64,000 nucleotides of DNA from Octopus vulgaris. Taxonomy: Eukaryota. The notes beneath the pieces were generated by a model, which searched no databases, was not told the DNA's origin, and worked only from the letters and a program-made list of their open reading frames with translations. Each line of letters opens with the position of its first letter. Position 1 is the stretch's first letter. A program made the position numbers and the translations under genes. Of the stretch, positions 1 through 13,839 are shown piece after piece. The stretch covers positions 55,428,001-55,492,000 of the forward strand of contig OX597826.1 in the NCBI GenBank assembly GCA_951406725.2, given 5' to 3'.

Positions 1-989
1 TTATAACATCTGATATGGATTGATTTTCAGTACGTTAGTAGTGGCTAACAAAAACCTACCTTGGGTTAAGCATTAAATGCTGATTCAATATCTGTACCTG
101 TGCAGACCTGGCGATAGCCACAACCGAAGTCGGCAGGGATTACTCGGTTAGAGCGTGACAATCGTTTTTCCTCTGCAGTTGTTGTTGCTAGATTACATCC
201 TATTCCAGTGTTTGGAACCAGGTAGATTATTGATGAACTAGTTATTTGTGTGTGTGATCACTATTTCATATATATTTACTGGGAGGAGAGGCAGAGACAG
301 TATGCATTTAATTACGTTGTATTTTCACTCTCGTTTACTATATAAGCCTGGGTGCCAATTCTATGGACTCTGGGTGGTGGTGGTGATGGTGGTGGGGGCG
401 AAGTATACAGAAACAACGAAGTATATCCCTTACATATCTAAGAATTATTCTATTTATTTATTTCGCTGTGGTTTGTTACTGTAGTCAATATACATGTAAC
501 GATGTATAATGCATTGTTGAACGTACTTTGTGTTGCTTCTGAGAGATTTAACATCCAGTAAGGATTAGCATTGTCCATAATAGATCTAGTGCATTGTTTG
601 TAAAAAATTATTTATTTCTGTTCTTAAAATACGACACATTACTTTAAGAGCGTTTGAACATCATTCTGCTTTATTTACGATATCTTCTATTTGTATCGTA
701 AATCTTCCGGATTCATTTTATGTATTTACCTATATATCTATGTACCTCCAAGTATTTTGTTTTGTAAGATGTATATGGTAAATTTATGATTTTCAATATC
801 GTTGGTTATATCTGATGTGATTTGCTGTTATTAGTAATGAAATAGTGAAGTGAATAGCTGCTACTTTAAGCCTTTTGCTGTGGAAACAGGATTCAATAGG
901 AACAATGTACGGACCCATTTCGTTTTATGGGTTTTGCTATTGCTGATACTGATACTGTTGTTGTGTTGTTGTTGTTGTTGTTGTTGTTG

Positions 990-1185
990 TTAAGCAACAA
1001 GGCGGATAAGGGTGATTAGGTGATGGTCTGGGGCTTGGAGGCGGGAGGCCCCCAGACCTTGGAAAAAAAAAAACTTTGGTCGTCTTCTTGTAGTCGAGGG
1101 CTGTTCGTTGACGCCCGACACCACTAGGAGGTGGCCCCCGAAGTCGCTGGAAATGGAATTCTCCAGGTCCAAATTCTTGGACGGC
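990..1185 (-). mobile_element. GC-rich, hairpin-rich segment ending in a (CAA)n tail; probable 3' end of a retroposon
   Basis: GC-rich island in AT-rich DNA. Stem GGTCTGGGG...CCCCAGACC (1025-1058) plus other short hairpins. On the minus strand it runs into (AAC)n at about 957-990. Confidence 0.4.
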
Positions 1186-1769
1186 TATTGCTGATGCTGC
1201 TTTGGTTGCTATTTAGCCCTGTGTCAGTTAAGATGTACAGTATGATCACATATTTACTTCGCTTATTGATAATATACTTTGTCAATCAATGAGTACCGTC
1301 ACTGTATGCGTCACACTGTATGGGTGAGCTCGTCAGTGAGCGCTCTGTCAACCTTAAAAGTAACCTGAAATGAACAATACACTTTATAAAGTGCTTAGAC
1401 ACGAGGGTACCACGCTGGGAAATTTGGAGGGTTCTACCAGGCACAGAGGTTTAAAATTCTCCTATCTATGAATTGTGTTGGGTTGCATATATTTTCGATA
1501 TAGCAAACAGAAAATCTCATCTAGCAGACACACTCAAACACAAATAAAAAATACGCACGCGTACACATGCGTACACAAATACATATAGAGAATCATCTGC
1601 CATCAAATGAAAAATAATAATCGTCTACGCTATTTTTCCACAACAATAATAGTGACTGAGTAAACATTATGAAACTTACAGTAAGTAAACATATAAAACT
1701 TTCTCAAACTTTTTAAAGAAATGGCTGTCTTTGTTTCACGAATCTTGACATCGCTCAGCTCATATATCT

Positions 1770-1774
1770 ATATC

Positions 1775-1823
<49 letters not shown>

Positions 1824-1862
1824 GCACACACATACGTAAAGTTTAAACATATCCACTTACAT

Positions 1863-1923
<61 letters not shown>

Positions 1924-2186
1924 TTGTGTATGTATAAGCACTCCAAAAGAAATAAATTCAATCATGAAGTTGTATATTATTTTTTTTCTTATGTATTTAT
2001 GTATTTCTGTTCGTATTTTTTTTTCATTTGCATATCTTAAAAATATTATGCCGTTATCCTCTCCACATATACATTAGTCTGTAATTTAGTATGTGGTATG
2101 AGAGATATTAGTCATGCACCTTCCAGTACGAGACTTCTCTAATATCTAAAGTATGAAATACATACATACATACTTATATATATGTA

Positions 2187-2238
<52 letters not shown>

Positions 2239-2430
2239 TACATATATACATATATATATATACATATAAATGTATATATATATAAATATATAAATGTATA
2301 TATATATATATATATATATATAAATATATATAAATGTATGTGTGTGTATAAATGTATATACGTATATATACATATGCACATAGATACATAGATACTTATA
2401 TACATACATATATACATACATACATACATG
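1770..2430. repeat. (TA)n / (TATG)n microsatellite cluster
   Basis: Direct observation of several dinucleotide and tetranucleotide runs separated by short unique spacers. Confidence 0.95.
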
Positions 2431-2841
2431 CGTACACATACAATTCCTAATCATTCTTAATGTATAAATTCAGAGAAAGTTTTTTTTCTTTTTCTTACAT
2501 TGTAGCTACTGTTGCTGCTGCTGCTGGTGCTGCTGCTGCTGGTGCTGCTGCTGCTACTACTACTACTGCGGCTGCTACTTTTGGTTCTGTTTTTGTGATT
2601 TTGTTGTTTAATAGTTTTCTAATTCTTGTTTATGGTATTTTTCCCCCCTCCGTATTACAAGCTGAAGTTCTTGTCTGTAGCCCGAAGAAGATTAAATGAA
2701 TGAAGAAATAAACGAACAAATAAATAAATAAATAATAAATAAAGACAGAAGGAAAGAAATATCCAGTAAAGGAAGGAGGTAGGTGGGGGGGGGATAATTT
2801 TTACCTGTACTCTGCGTTATTGAAATCGTTTGAAAAAGTCG

Positions 2842-2844
<3 letters not shown>

Positions 2845-2878
<34 letters not shown>

Positions 2879-2895
2879 GTTGTTGTTGTTGTTGC

Positions 2896-2988
<93 letters not shown>

Positions 2989-3146
2989 CAGCATCATTAT
3001 TGATAACAACTACAACAGCCACAACAACAACGACAATAGTAATAATATATGACGATGGTAATGATCGTGAAGATGGTTTTGAAAATATTATTATTATTAT
3101 TATTATTGTTGTTGTTGTTGTTATTGTTGCTGTTGTTGTTGTTGTT

Positions 3147-3215
<69 letters not shown>

Positions 3216-3325
3216 GTCATTATTATTATTATTATCAATTATGATGATGACGACGACGACTATGATAGTGATGACGACGAAGATGATGACGATGATGAAG
3301 ATGATGATGATGATGAACAATAACA
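2845..3325. repeat. Compound trinucleotide microsatellite (TTA/TTG/TTC/GAT)n
   Basis: Direct observation; explains the poly-L/I/N/D ORFs. Confidence 0.97.
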
Positions 3326-4049
3326 ATGAGAAGAGCCATAATATCAGAGCAACACGATTTTTACCCACTAATACTGAAAATGCAAAAAGTGAAAAAATAA
3401 AATAAAATAAAATAAAATAAAATAATATAAAGAAATGAAACTAGAGAAAAATTCTTGAACCTAAAGCAGAAATTTATATCCAGACAGTATATTCTGAAGA
3501 TACAAAATGAAAGTGGTACTGTTATACATGCACAATATACTTAGTAGTGAAACTTTAGTAAACACTATTTCGTGTTGCAGAGAGAATAAAAAATAACAAG
3601 TCTTATATTCTTGCTTCCTGTACCTATCACGTTTATACTAATAACTTTACGCTATTAATAATGATGTTTGTATCGTAGAAAACGCATTTCTTTTCTATTT
3701 TTCTCGTTTCTAAAGTTATGGATTTACCAGGCACAACTTATAACACTAACTGTGATCTCAAAACATGCTTGAAACAGCTGCAAAATCTTCGCGGCTAGAA
3801 TATGGAACGGCACATTTGATTGTGTAGTGTTAGATGAACTATACCACAAAATAAGAATATATCGAAGGCTAGCTATATTGTGCGAACAGTAGATTCATTG
3901 GTTACGATTTTAGTCATCCAATTTGTATCTCTGCCGAAGTGAATGACAAATATGTGTATATAAAATTAATTGTTAGGGATCTGTTATTCAAATGATTTTC
4001 ATTCGGGCGGTTTTACTGAAGTTTAAATCGTGTTTTCCTATACAGCAGC

Positions 4050-5100
4050 AATATATAGAAACAAGAGAGAAAAGGTGTTGGGAAGAAAGGCAATTAAATG
4101 GCAAATTCAAGCAACAAATCAAGAACTTTAGAAGAACGACAGCAATGGCTGAGGGACGGAAACCTGAAACGAGAAATTGAAGCACTAATTATAGCCGCTC
4201 AGGAAGAAGCCATTAGGACGAATCTGATAAAGGCAAAGATCGAGAAAACTCAGTGAGATAACAAATGTTGAATCTGCAAGAAATGAGCCGGAAGTATTAA
4301 TCATCTCTTGAGAGAATGCAATCACCTTGAACAAAATGAGTATGAACGCAGGCATGGCTGTTGAGGTAAAAGAGTGCATTGTGATGTTAGTGGAAGGTGC
4401 TGCTTCAGAAAACAGACGACGAAAATATTAATCAACACTTGAGTTTATGCAATCTACCTAGCACAAAATGAGTATAAGCTCAGGTATGACTCTCCAGACA
4501 AAAGAGTGCATTGGAATGCTAATCGAATGTATGGCTTCAGAAAACAGAAAGTGCAAATATAAATCAATTCTTGAGTGAATGGAAACACTCACCACAAAAT
4601 GAGTATGAGTGCAGGCGGGATTGTATAGGTAAAAGTGTGCATTGGGATGCTTGTTAAGGGTGTGGCTGTGAAATCTCAAGATAATAGTATGAACACGAAC
4701 CAGAGACTGTAAAAGAGAATAAGAATTGCAGGTTCTTTAGGGGCTTCTCCATGAAGACTGACCGTACTATTGAAGCAAGAAGACAAGATGTGAATATAGA
4801 AGACAAAATGTAAAGATCATAGAATTTGCAATATCATATGATAACAGAGTCGATGTCAAAGAAATTGAATAAATTGATAACTATGAGTGTGAATGAGATG
4901 GTGGAAGACTAAGACAATTATTCCTGTTACAATTGGTGCACTTGACGCAGCACCCAAAATGCTACCTAAGAGACTGAAAGAGATTGGAATTGACACTCGG
5001 ATTTTAGACCCACAGAAAAAAGTACTAGCTTCTATTCGACAAGAATCATTAGAAAGATTCTTGCGATTCGAGGAGACTTATTGTCACCAAACCGCATGGT
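4050..5100 (+). mobile_element. Decayed R4/Dong-like non-LTR retrotransposon, C-terminal part (zinc knuckle + restriction-like endonuclease)
   Basis: Frameshifted translation gives EIEALIIAAQEEAIRTNLIKAKIEK, NEYERRH, EHEPETVKEN, TDRTIEARRQD and WWKTKTIIPVTIGALD...LKEIGI, all typical of RLE-type LINE C-termini. Confidence 0.85.
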
Positions 5101-5169
5101 AACATTCCTGCTAAGGGAGTCAAGAAAGCTCCTAACGATGTAGCATGGAGCCTACGATCCACGTACAGA

Positions 5170-6222
5170 CATTAATTACTTATAGATGAAGAGAGTAAAT
5201 GGAGGAAGACGACTGATAAGTGTGGAAGACTGCATGCATATCGAACTCGAAAGCTTAATGAGATTCCTAGCCCAAAATAAGGAAACCTTGCTAGTGACAA
5301 TTCGGAACGAGGGAGTATTGAAAGCAGAGAAAAAAACAAGGAAGGAAGTACAAAAAGGACATGAAAAAGAATTATGCAAGAAGGGACTACACAATCAATT
5401 CCATATAACCACATCAGAAGTTACTGGAAAAAATAGGTGGGATTGGCTGAGGAAAGGAACACTAAAAAAAGACGTAGAGCACTATACTGGCAGCGCAAGA
5501 CCAGGTTTTGACCACGAACTGGAGGGCCAACCTTAGGAATGGGCAAGTGTTTCCACTGTGCCACATCTTCAATAGAGTGGATGAAACCATTGCCCATACC
5601 ATGAACGAATGCCCTAGACTTGCCCAAAACCACTACAAGTTGCGGCGACACGATCAGGTAGTGAAAGTGCTAGGTAGGAAACTGTGCGAAAAGTGGGGTG
5701 ATAGAGAGAGGCAAGACCTGGTATGAGCACAAAGCACACAGAGTAGCAGAGTCGGAGACTAGCAAAATCCTTTGAGATCTCCCAATCTACACAGATCAGG
5801 TGCTAGAGCATAACAGACCGGACCTAGTGGTGGTGGACAAGGTGCACCACACGTGCTATATAGTTGATGTTGCATGCCCCTCTGACCCACGAATAGTCAA
5901 GAAGGAAGGTGAATAGATAGATAAATATAACTCTCTTAAGTACGAAATAGCCCGGCTATGGAAAAAGAAGGTGAAGATAGAGCCAATTGTTGCTGGGTCC
6001 TTGGGAACAGTATCAGAAGGCCTCAAGAGGAATATAAAGGAAATTGGAATAGAGTGCCCAGTAGACCTGCGACAAAAGTTTTGCCTCCTTGCCACGGCCA
6101 GAATAATCAGGAAAGTATTAGATGGCGGAAAAAACGGATAGCGTGATTCGGTCGGCTGCAGATAGCAAGCGCGCTAAGCATGCAAGACTCCAGGAGCCCC
6201 AACAAAATCTGTGATAAAGAGA
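5170..6222 (+). mobile_element. 5'-truncated R4/Dong-like non-LTR retrotransposon with 3' UTR ending at (TAA)n
   Basis: GGRRLISVEDC, WDWLRKGTLKK, CHIFNRVDETIAHTMNECPRLAQNHYKLRRHDQV, HNRPDLVVVDK..IVDVACP (PD-D/E endonuclease), LLATARIIRKVLD, followed by a (TAA)n tail. Confidence 0.92.
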
Positions 6223-6308
<86 letters not shown>

Positions 6309-6330
6309 CAACAACAACAACAATAATAAT
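6223..6330. repeat. (TAA)n microsatellite, tail or target of the upstream element
   Basis: Direct observation. Confidence 0.97.
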
Positions 6331-6613
6331 ATTGATATTATTTCATAAATAACATTGTTTCATAAATACAATGAAATAGTTGATTGATGGTACATCAATA
6401 ACAATTATAATTATGGTGATAAAACAAATACTGCAGCATGGGCGTGTGACAGCGGGCTGCTGGGAAGATAGATCAAATTCGAAACCACAACGAAGCAGAA
6501 ATTAAGAATCTGCAAAAACAATGAAAGAAAACTATGTCTAAATGTAAACCAACTGAGGAAACTCAAATATTTTGCTTATTTGGATTTTGCTTATACGTAT
6601 ATATATATATATA

Positions 6614-6920
6614 TATCACGTGATCACGTGACCGACCAGACCATCAGATGTTGTTACACATCGCTGGTCACAATGCGTTCGCATTGTTTTAGCCTTCCAA
6701 TGACGCCACCCTGCTGGCTAAGCGAGCAGGCCAACAGAAGAAAGAGTGGGAGAAAGAGTGGTGAAAGAGTACAGCAGGGATCACCACCCCCTGCCGGAGC
6801 CTCGTGGAGCTTCTAGGTGTTTTCCCTCGATAAACGCTCACAACGCCCGGTCTGGGAATCCAATCCACGATCCTGCGACCGCGAGTCCGCTGCCCTAACC
6901 ACTAGGCCATTGCGCCTCCA
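6614..6920 (-). mobile_element. tRNA-derived SINE, family B (near full length)
   Basis: Minus-strand head GGAGGCGCAATGGCCTAGTGGTTAGGGCAGCGGACT with A box and degenerate B box; ends CACGTGATCACGTGA. Related fragments at 19262 and 47530. Confidence 0.85.
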
Positions 6921-6957
6921 CATACAGATATATATATATATATAGATATATATATAC

Positions 6958-6991
<34 letters not shown>

Positions 6992-6993
6992 AA

Positions 6994-7055
<62 letters not shown>

Positions 7056-7059
<4 letters not shown>

Positions 7060-7220
7060 CAAAATGGGACAATGGGACAAGAACGCAAATCATCCGGACA
7101 ACTAGGTGATACAAAAAGGGATAACAAACCATCCAGATAGACGATGCAAAAAACACAAGGACGGGTCATTCAAAGCTTTCTATCCTCAGTCAAGAACCGG
7201 ATCATCCTCGCAATTTCGGA
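7056..7220. repeat. Unclassified interspersed repeat related to 25800-25985
   Basis: Shares CATTC.AAGC.TT, CAGTCAAGAA.C.GAT, CTCGCAATTTCGG and ACAAGGACGG with the 25.8 kb segment. Confidence 0.55.
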
Positions 7221-7279
7221 TGTTTTGTTGTGTGTTTCAAGTGACTGAACACGGATTAGTTGATCAAGTTAATGCTATT

Positions 7280-8310
7280 AGGAGAAGAAAGTGAATGACA
7301 GAGTTAGAGACAGAAGAGATCACAAGAGAACTGAAAAGGAAATCCAAGCAGTAGGAAAGACAAACATCATATGAGATACAGCTCAAGCCAAAGAAGAATC
7401 TAAAGGCAAAAATAATAATAGCGCTACTAATAAGGAAGGGACAATTGGCATCAATGACTTAGGTGATTTAAGTGAGAAAAATCGGAAGATTTTAGATGAG
7501 TTGCAGGAAGAAATGAGTAAAGAAGTAAGAAGAAGATTGCCAGCATTAAAAGACAGTAGGATATATACTAAAAATATAGGAGACATTAATTTGCTGATCT
7601 ATGCAGGGGGGGGGGGGGGTGATCACCAGAAGATTAGATATCTCTCAAGGAAAGATTAAAAAAGAGAAAGTGTGGAAAATGAGACTACAAAATAAAGTGA
7701 AGACTTTAAGACAATATCCGAGTAGAATAGGAGCCTGGAAACTGAACAAGTTAGAAAACACAAGATGCAAATCTTCCTTCGTGAACAGATACTTAGTCAA
7801 AGAGAAAGGATTTGGGACAGTAATAGAAGAGTTGAAACAGTGTATCATAGCAGTGGCAGACAAGCTCTACAGATATCAGAAAAGATATATCAATATCAGC
7901 AGAATAGATTATTTAAAACAATACAAAAGATATATTATAACCAAATGAATAATGGAGAACGAAGTACTGAAGATGAGAAACCTAATGCAGCAGAGGCTAG
8001 AAAGTTCTGGAGTAATATTTGGGATAAACCAGTCAATCATAATGGAGATGCGGGATGGTTAAAGAAAGTGAGGGAAAAAGTAGCGAGGGAAAAGTAGTCA
8101 GATATGAGATTAACTAGTGCATTAACGAATAAGGTGTTAGGAAAAATACCGAAGGGCCCAGGACCAGATTTAGTTCAAGGGTACCGACAAAAAAAATTTA
8201 GTCATTTACATGGGTGACTGAAGGAACAACTTCAAGATTGCTTTAACGGAGGAATAATACCAGATTGGATGAATAGAGAAGGACAATACTCAACTTGAAA
8301 TATAAGAGCA
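7280..8310 (+). mobile_element. R4/Dong-like LINE fragment, N-terminal region to the start of the RT domain
   Basis: WKMRLQNKVKTLRQ, IEELKQCIIAVADKLYRY, YQQNRLFKT, EARKFWSNIWDKPVNHN and KGPGPDLVQGY...IPDWM (RT domain 0/1); frameshifted. Confidence 0.85.
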
Positions 8311-8619
8311 TCACCGACACCATCTTCATATTTCCATAATTTCCACCACCGTGGTCAGCATTAATAATGAGATAGCTTCCGAATGGTCACTCGGCATGCA
8401 AGAGACAGTAGCCAAATTTCTCTCAAACTAATAGAATAGCCAAATTTCTCTCATACTAACGGAAGGCATAGAATATTGTGATCTTCGATGAAGAAACAGA
8501 CTTAAGTGTAGAGGTGATGATCACGGCCGGTGTAGATTTAAACTTAGGTATGTCCAGTGCAGTCTAAAGTAGGTCTAAACACCAACAACCACTTCAATAT
8601 TATCACCAATGGTAGTAAC

Positions 8620-8980
8620 ACCACCAACATCACCCCTATCGACGTCATCCTCCACTTCTTCATCTTCCTCCTCCTCTCCTCCTCACCATCATCATTATCA
8701 TCATCTTCAACGTCGTCGCAAACTCCACCACCGCTGCTACCATCGCAACAACAACCATCATCGTCGTCATCACCATCATCGTCATCATTAACATCATCAT
8801 CATCATCAACCTTCATCATCTTCATCGCTTTCATCCTCATCGTCGTCGTCGTCATCATCATCATCGTTTTCATCATCACCATCGTGGCCGTGGTGATCGT
8901 GCTTGTCTATGTGGTGGTGGTTGTAGTGGTGGTGGTGGTGGTGGTGGTGGTGGTGGTGGTGGTCCTCGTCGTCGTCATCA
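8620..8980. repeat. Degenerate (CAT/CGT/GGT)n low-complexity tract
   Basis: Direct observation. Confidence 0.85.
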
Positions 8981-9081
8981 CTGATTATCGCTCAAACATA
9001 AAAACCGGCCACGAGCTGGAGTGGTTCGTTTTTCATCAAGATTTATATCCTAGGTTCGGGGTTTCAATTCCAACTAGGTAT

Positions 9082-9477
9082 TACTCTTTTACTTGTTTCA
9101 GTCATTTGACTGCGGCCATTCTGGAGCAGCGCCTTTAGTCGAGCAAATCGACCCCAGGACTTATTCTTTGTAAGCCCAGTACTTATTCTATCGGTCTCTT
9201 TTGCCGAACCGCTAGGTGACGGGGACGTAAACACACCAGCATCGGTTGTCAAGCAATGCTAGGGGGACAAACACAGACACACAAACATATACACACACAC
9301 TTATATATATATACATATATACGACAGGCTTCTTTCAGTTTCCGTCTACCAAATCCACTCACAAGGCATTGGTCGGCCCGGGGCTATAGCAGAAGACACT
9401 TGCCCAAGATGCCACGCAGTGGGACTGAACCCGGAACCATGTGGTTGGTTAGCAAGCTACTTACCACACAGCCACTC
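9082..9477 (-). mobile_element. tRNA-derived SINE, family A (internal TA/TG microsatellite, AAGAGTA-type tail)
   Basis: Near-identical to the copies at 24017, 25024 and 62658. tRNA-like head TGGCTGTGTGG...GGTTCAGTCCC and CORE-like TTGGGCAAGTGTCTT. Confidence 0.92.
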
Positions 9478-10323
9478 AAATAAAAATAAAAATTAATAAA
9501 CAGCGAGAGGAAACCGGGAATCACAGAGTAAAATGGAGAGGGTTTCCATATCTTCTCTGTTTCATATAAATGTGAATTTTTTTGTTTCTTCTATTCTGTT
9601 GTTATGGTTGAGCAATTTCATGACTAACAGAAAAATGTCGTTAACTACAGACGAAAAGAATTCAAAAACAGAAATGATGATGATGATGATGATGATGATG
9701 ATGTTGGGGATGGTGGGAGTAGTAGTGGTAAGGGGAGAGGGGCTGTAGTGGTCCTGGTCGTGTGGGTGTTAGTGGTGGTGGTGGTGGTGATGGTGGTGGT
9801 GGTGGTATGGTGGTGGTGGTGGTTATGATCTTACAATGGTACACACATGCTTTAATGGAGTAATTTGTTTCCAATCGTGCTCCCATATTCACTTACTATA
9901 TATATATATAACTATATGGTTGTTGTGTGTGCATGTGTGTGTGTTGTGTGTGTGTGTGTGTTTGTGCTTATGTGTGTAGCTTCGATCGTGCGCGCGTGCA
10001 CGTTTGTGTGTGCGTGCGTGCGTGCGTCTGTAATTGTGCGCAATATACAAATAATGTTTCTTTCATTGAAACTACAAATCAATGTATTTTTCGTAATAAA
10101 GCCATAAACTGGTGTGTAGTTATACATTGCGCACGCATACATATCACTGCCAGTTACATCACACACAGACAGAGACAGACACACACACAGAAAGACACAC
10201 ACACACAGAGAAACACTCACACACATATTAATATGTATACATATACATAGGTATACACACATCAGCATATATTATACATATATATATACATATATATATA
10301 CATAAATACATACATACATATAT

Positions 10324-10401
<78 letters not shown>

Positions 10402-10402
10402 T

Positions 10403-10453
<51 letters not shown>

Positions 10454-12214
10454 TTATATATACTTATATACGCATAGCTGTACTCTCTTACATTGTATGT
10501 CCAAATACATATACATTTATACGCTAACCTATTCACATCAGACATCCATTAATCTATAATTTTTAAATCAGATATAACACAAACTATATTTACTAGACCT
10601 ATAACAATACATAACGTTACTAATATACATAAACTACATACTATACATACTATACACATCTATATATATATCTATATACATACATACAAATTATACATAT
10701 ATATATATATATCAGAAAAATAGTCGTGCTTTTGCATACATGCATATATGTATATTTCAAAATTTTATTTATTTAGATAGTTTTTTCCTTTTTATTGAAC
10801 AATACCCAGAGAAACATATTTGAACTTGCTTATTAACAAAATTTCTATTGATTTATTCATTCCTATACATGTTAAATCAAACCCGTTGCTGTGAATAGAA
10901 CTTTTCCGAACGTGAATCTATTTCGTACATTCTGTCAGTAAAATTTCAGTTTCGTTCGCTGCAAAGCTATTTAATAGCTATTTATAATAAAGACACATTA
11001 AATAACAATTGATACACATATTCAATATCTTTGCTTTATAGAGATGTAATTTTCCAATATATATATCAAATATTATTTGCCTTAGATATCGGCAGTTGAG
11101 TTTTTCTTCCTTTCTTTCTTACTATAGTTATTCAGCAAATGCTATATTATTAGTAAGATAACAAATATTGCACTAGATAGACACAGCAGATGGTTAATTT
11201 ACTGATGTGGTAAAAGCGCTGATCTTGTCTTATTTAGCCGAAAAAGAAAATAATTTGACAATCACCAAAGTGATATCTCTCTCGTTTTCTTCTTAGATTA
11301 CGACAATGGATTCTATGTCTGCGAATTTGCCAATTTCTATAACTCACCTTTAAATTAATTCACTCGCAGCATCTGCTTTTCTCTGCTATTGTCGCTACAA
11401 TGCACTGTGTCACACGACATAGACAATTGTTATAAACACCTTTTTTTACTAATCATTTGTTTAGGCATTATTGTCTCTTTATTCTCCAGAAATGCACATA
11501 ACTTTGATTTTTGCTTGATCTACCTTCCTCCAACCCGCATAGTTACCCTCTGAATTATGATATCACTCCTCCATAAACCGTTCAAAGAGCACCACGTTTT
11601 CCTTCATCCATACACTGAATTCACATCTCCCAGTGAATGAGAAACTTCTATATGGTCAATCAGTTTGCTAGATATAACAGTTAACTCCCTACCTTCAGAT
11701 CACCTCATACCGTCTTAAGAGAAAAAAAAAAAAGGCACATTGAAAGCAAATAACACACATATACAAATAAATGTTGCCGCACGCAATGATCTTCATATGA
11801 ACACGGACCTAAGGGACTCAGCACGAGAGAAAGGGATCTAGGTAATGACATGATATGTTAGAAACAGCAGAGGAATCATAACCTCAAATGTAACCCTGTC
11901 GTCTTTCAGAAAGGGAAACAGATCACTAGATCAATCCTTCTCAAACATTTTAACCATACACTTTTCTTTTTCTCTATAACTTTTTCAAAGCCTGTTCGTT
12001 GCAGTTCACCGATCCACAGATTTTAAGGTAAATTCAAGCCAAAGAAATCTAGTTTCATTATCTGCATGATGGTGGTCACTACCTACAACAGCACTATCTG
12101 ACCATAAAGAATTCTTTGACGCATCACTGGTTGACCCGACCTTTAGTATGCCGTTTTGGCCAAACATGGGTACCTGTACTTAGCACATAGTTGTATCTTA
12201 TAAACGTGTACCCC

Positions 12215-12574
12215 TCTTCTCTCTCTCACACACACACACACACTCTCTCTCACGCGCTCTCACTTCCTCTCTCTCACGCACACACACACTCTCTCTCTTT
12301 TACTCTCTCTCACACACTCCCTCTCTCTCCTTCACTCTCTCTCACACACACAGACACACACTCCTTCTTGCGCCTTCGCTCTCTCTCTCTCTCTCACACA
12401 CACCCTCTCTCACACACTCTCTCTCTCTCCTTCACTCACTCCCACACACACAGACACACACTCCTTCTTGCGCCTTCACTCTCTCTCTCTCTCACACACA
12501 CACCCTCTCTCACAGACTTTCTCTCTCTCACACACACTCTATTTCTTCTTCACTCTCTTTCACACACACACGCA

Positions 12575-12607
<33 letters not shown>
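12215..12607. repeat. Compound (CT)n/(CA)n tract with an internal duplication
   Basis: CAGACACACACTCCTTCTTGCGCCTTC occurs twice (about 12351 and 12451). Confidence 0.9.
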
Positions 12608-12608
<1 letters not shown>

Positions 12609-12631
12609 TTAATATCCCTGCCTACCTGCAA

Positions 12632-12787
12632 GGCGGTGAGTAGATAGACTCGTTAAGTACGCTGGGCAAAATACTTAGCGACATCCCATACAGCTTTACG
12701 TTCGAATTTCAGTGAGGTCAACTTTGCCTTTCATCCGTTCAATATCGATAAAACAAGTACCAGTTGAGCATTGGACTGGTCAACGAA

Positions 12788-12790
<3 letters not shown>
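12632..12790 (+). mobile_element. Degenerate SINE, family C
   Basis: GGCGGTGAG head and GAGGTCAACTTTGCCTTTCATCC...GATAAAACAAGTACCAG core. Confidence 0.75.
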
Positions 12791-12871
<81 letters not shown>

Positions 12872-12934
12872 GTGTGTATGTACGTATGTATGTATTTATG
12901 TATGTATGTATATATGTATGTATGTATATATATG

Positions 12935-13250
12935 GTGGTTGTCTACTCCTTATGCAGAGTTTGACCACCTCCTGTACCTACATCCTGTATCGCCATCATG
13001 GCATTTCATGTGGCCTTTTTAAACCAGACAATGTTCTGAAAAGACACCCACATAGATTGCACCCTCGGATTTGGACCACCAAGAGCTGCAGATAAGTTCT
13101 GCTCTTTGTTGAATCTTAAAATGTCTTTTGAGGCCTCCGTTGGATTTCCAAACCTTCTGGCATACACTGCATTCAAAGGTGTGCACAGACATATAGGCAG
13201 AATATATACCTCCCTCAACAGGTGCAGAGACTCTCCGTACTGTATATACG
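12935..13250 (-). mobile_element. Probable RTE-like LINE 3' end encoding two degenerate C2H2 zinc fingers
   Basis: Minus strand reads ECSVCQKVWKSNGGLKRHFKIQ (13108-13174) and CNLCGCLFRTLSGLK/GHMKCH (about 12997-13062, one frameshift), then ends in a (TACA)n tail. Confidence 0.6.
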
Positions 13251-13734
13251 GAAATACGTATTCATTTGGACAGCATTTAAAAACTAGCGGACCCCGTAAA
13301 TATTTCATGGAATTAATAGTAAACCTATTGGGTCATTTCTAAAAAAACTTTATCCAAAAAGACCTGAAAGCGTAGTCTGTGTTGTATGTATGGAAAGATA
13401 GTCGCTCATCTGGTATTCATTGAAAAGTGAAAGAAATTGGAATATGATTATTAGTTAATGCATTTTATATATTCACTTTATAGACTTTATGCACAATTTT
13501 ATAGACTTAATATACAGCACTCATAAAATAAATATTCTCTCTTATTTTTCCATTTTCCTCATAAACAAAACAAAAATGTCTCGTACGTATGATATAAGAT
13601 TTAGTTAAATTGTATCAATCTGCCACGTAAATAAGTTTGAATGTTTCACGAAATTGCATTTATGCGCATGCATTAAGTGATAAGTGATATAAAAGAAAAT
13701 TAGTTCAATGAACAAAAAAAAATGCACTTTCCAT

Positions 13735-13797
13735 TATCCACCATCACCACCACCACCACCACCACCACCAACACCTCCAACACCAACACTATCATCA

Positions 13798-13839
<42 letters not shown>

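Noticed and set aside
1-240. Unique sequence with possible splice sites at the window start
   Set aside because: No supportable reading frame or homology.
2146-3405. YI-repeat, poly-L, poly-I and poly-N ORFs (representative of many across the window)
   Set aside because: Microsatellite artefacts.
6840-6920. tRNA genes at SINE heads (also 18332, 24017, 51826)
   Set aside because: A/B boxes continue into SINE bodies; no complete cloverleaf.
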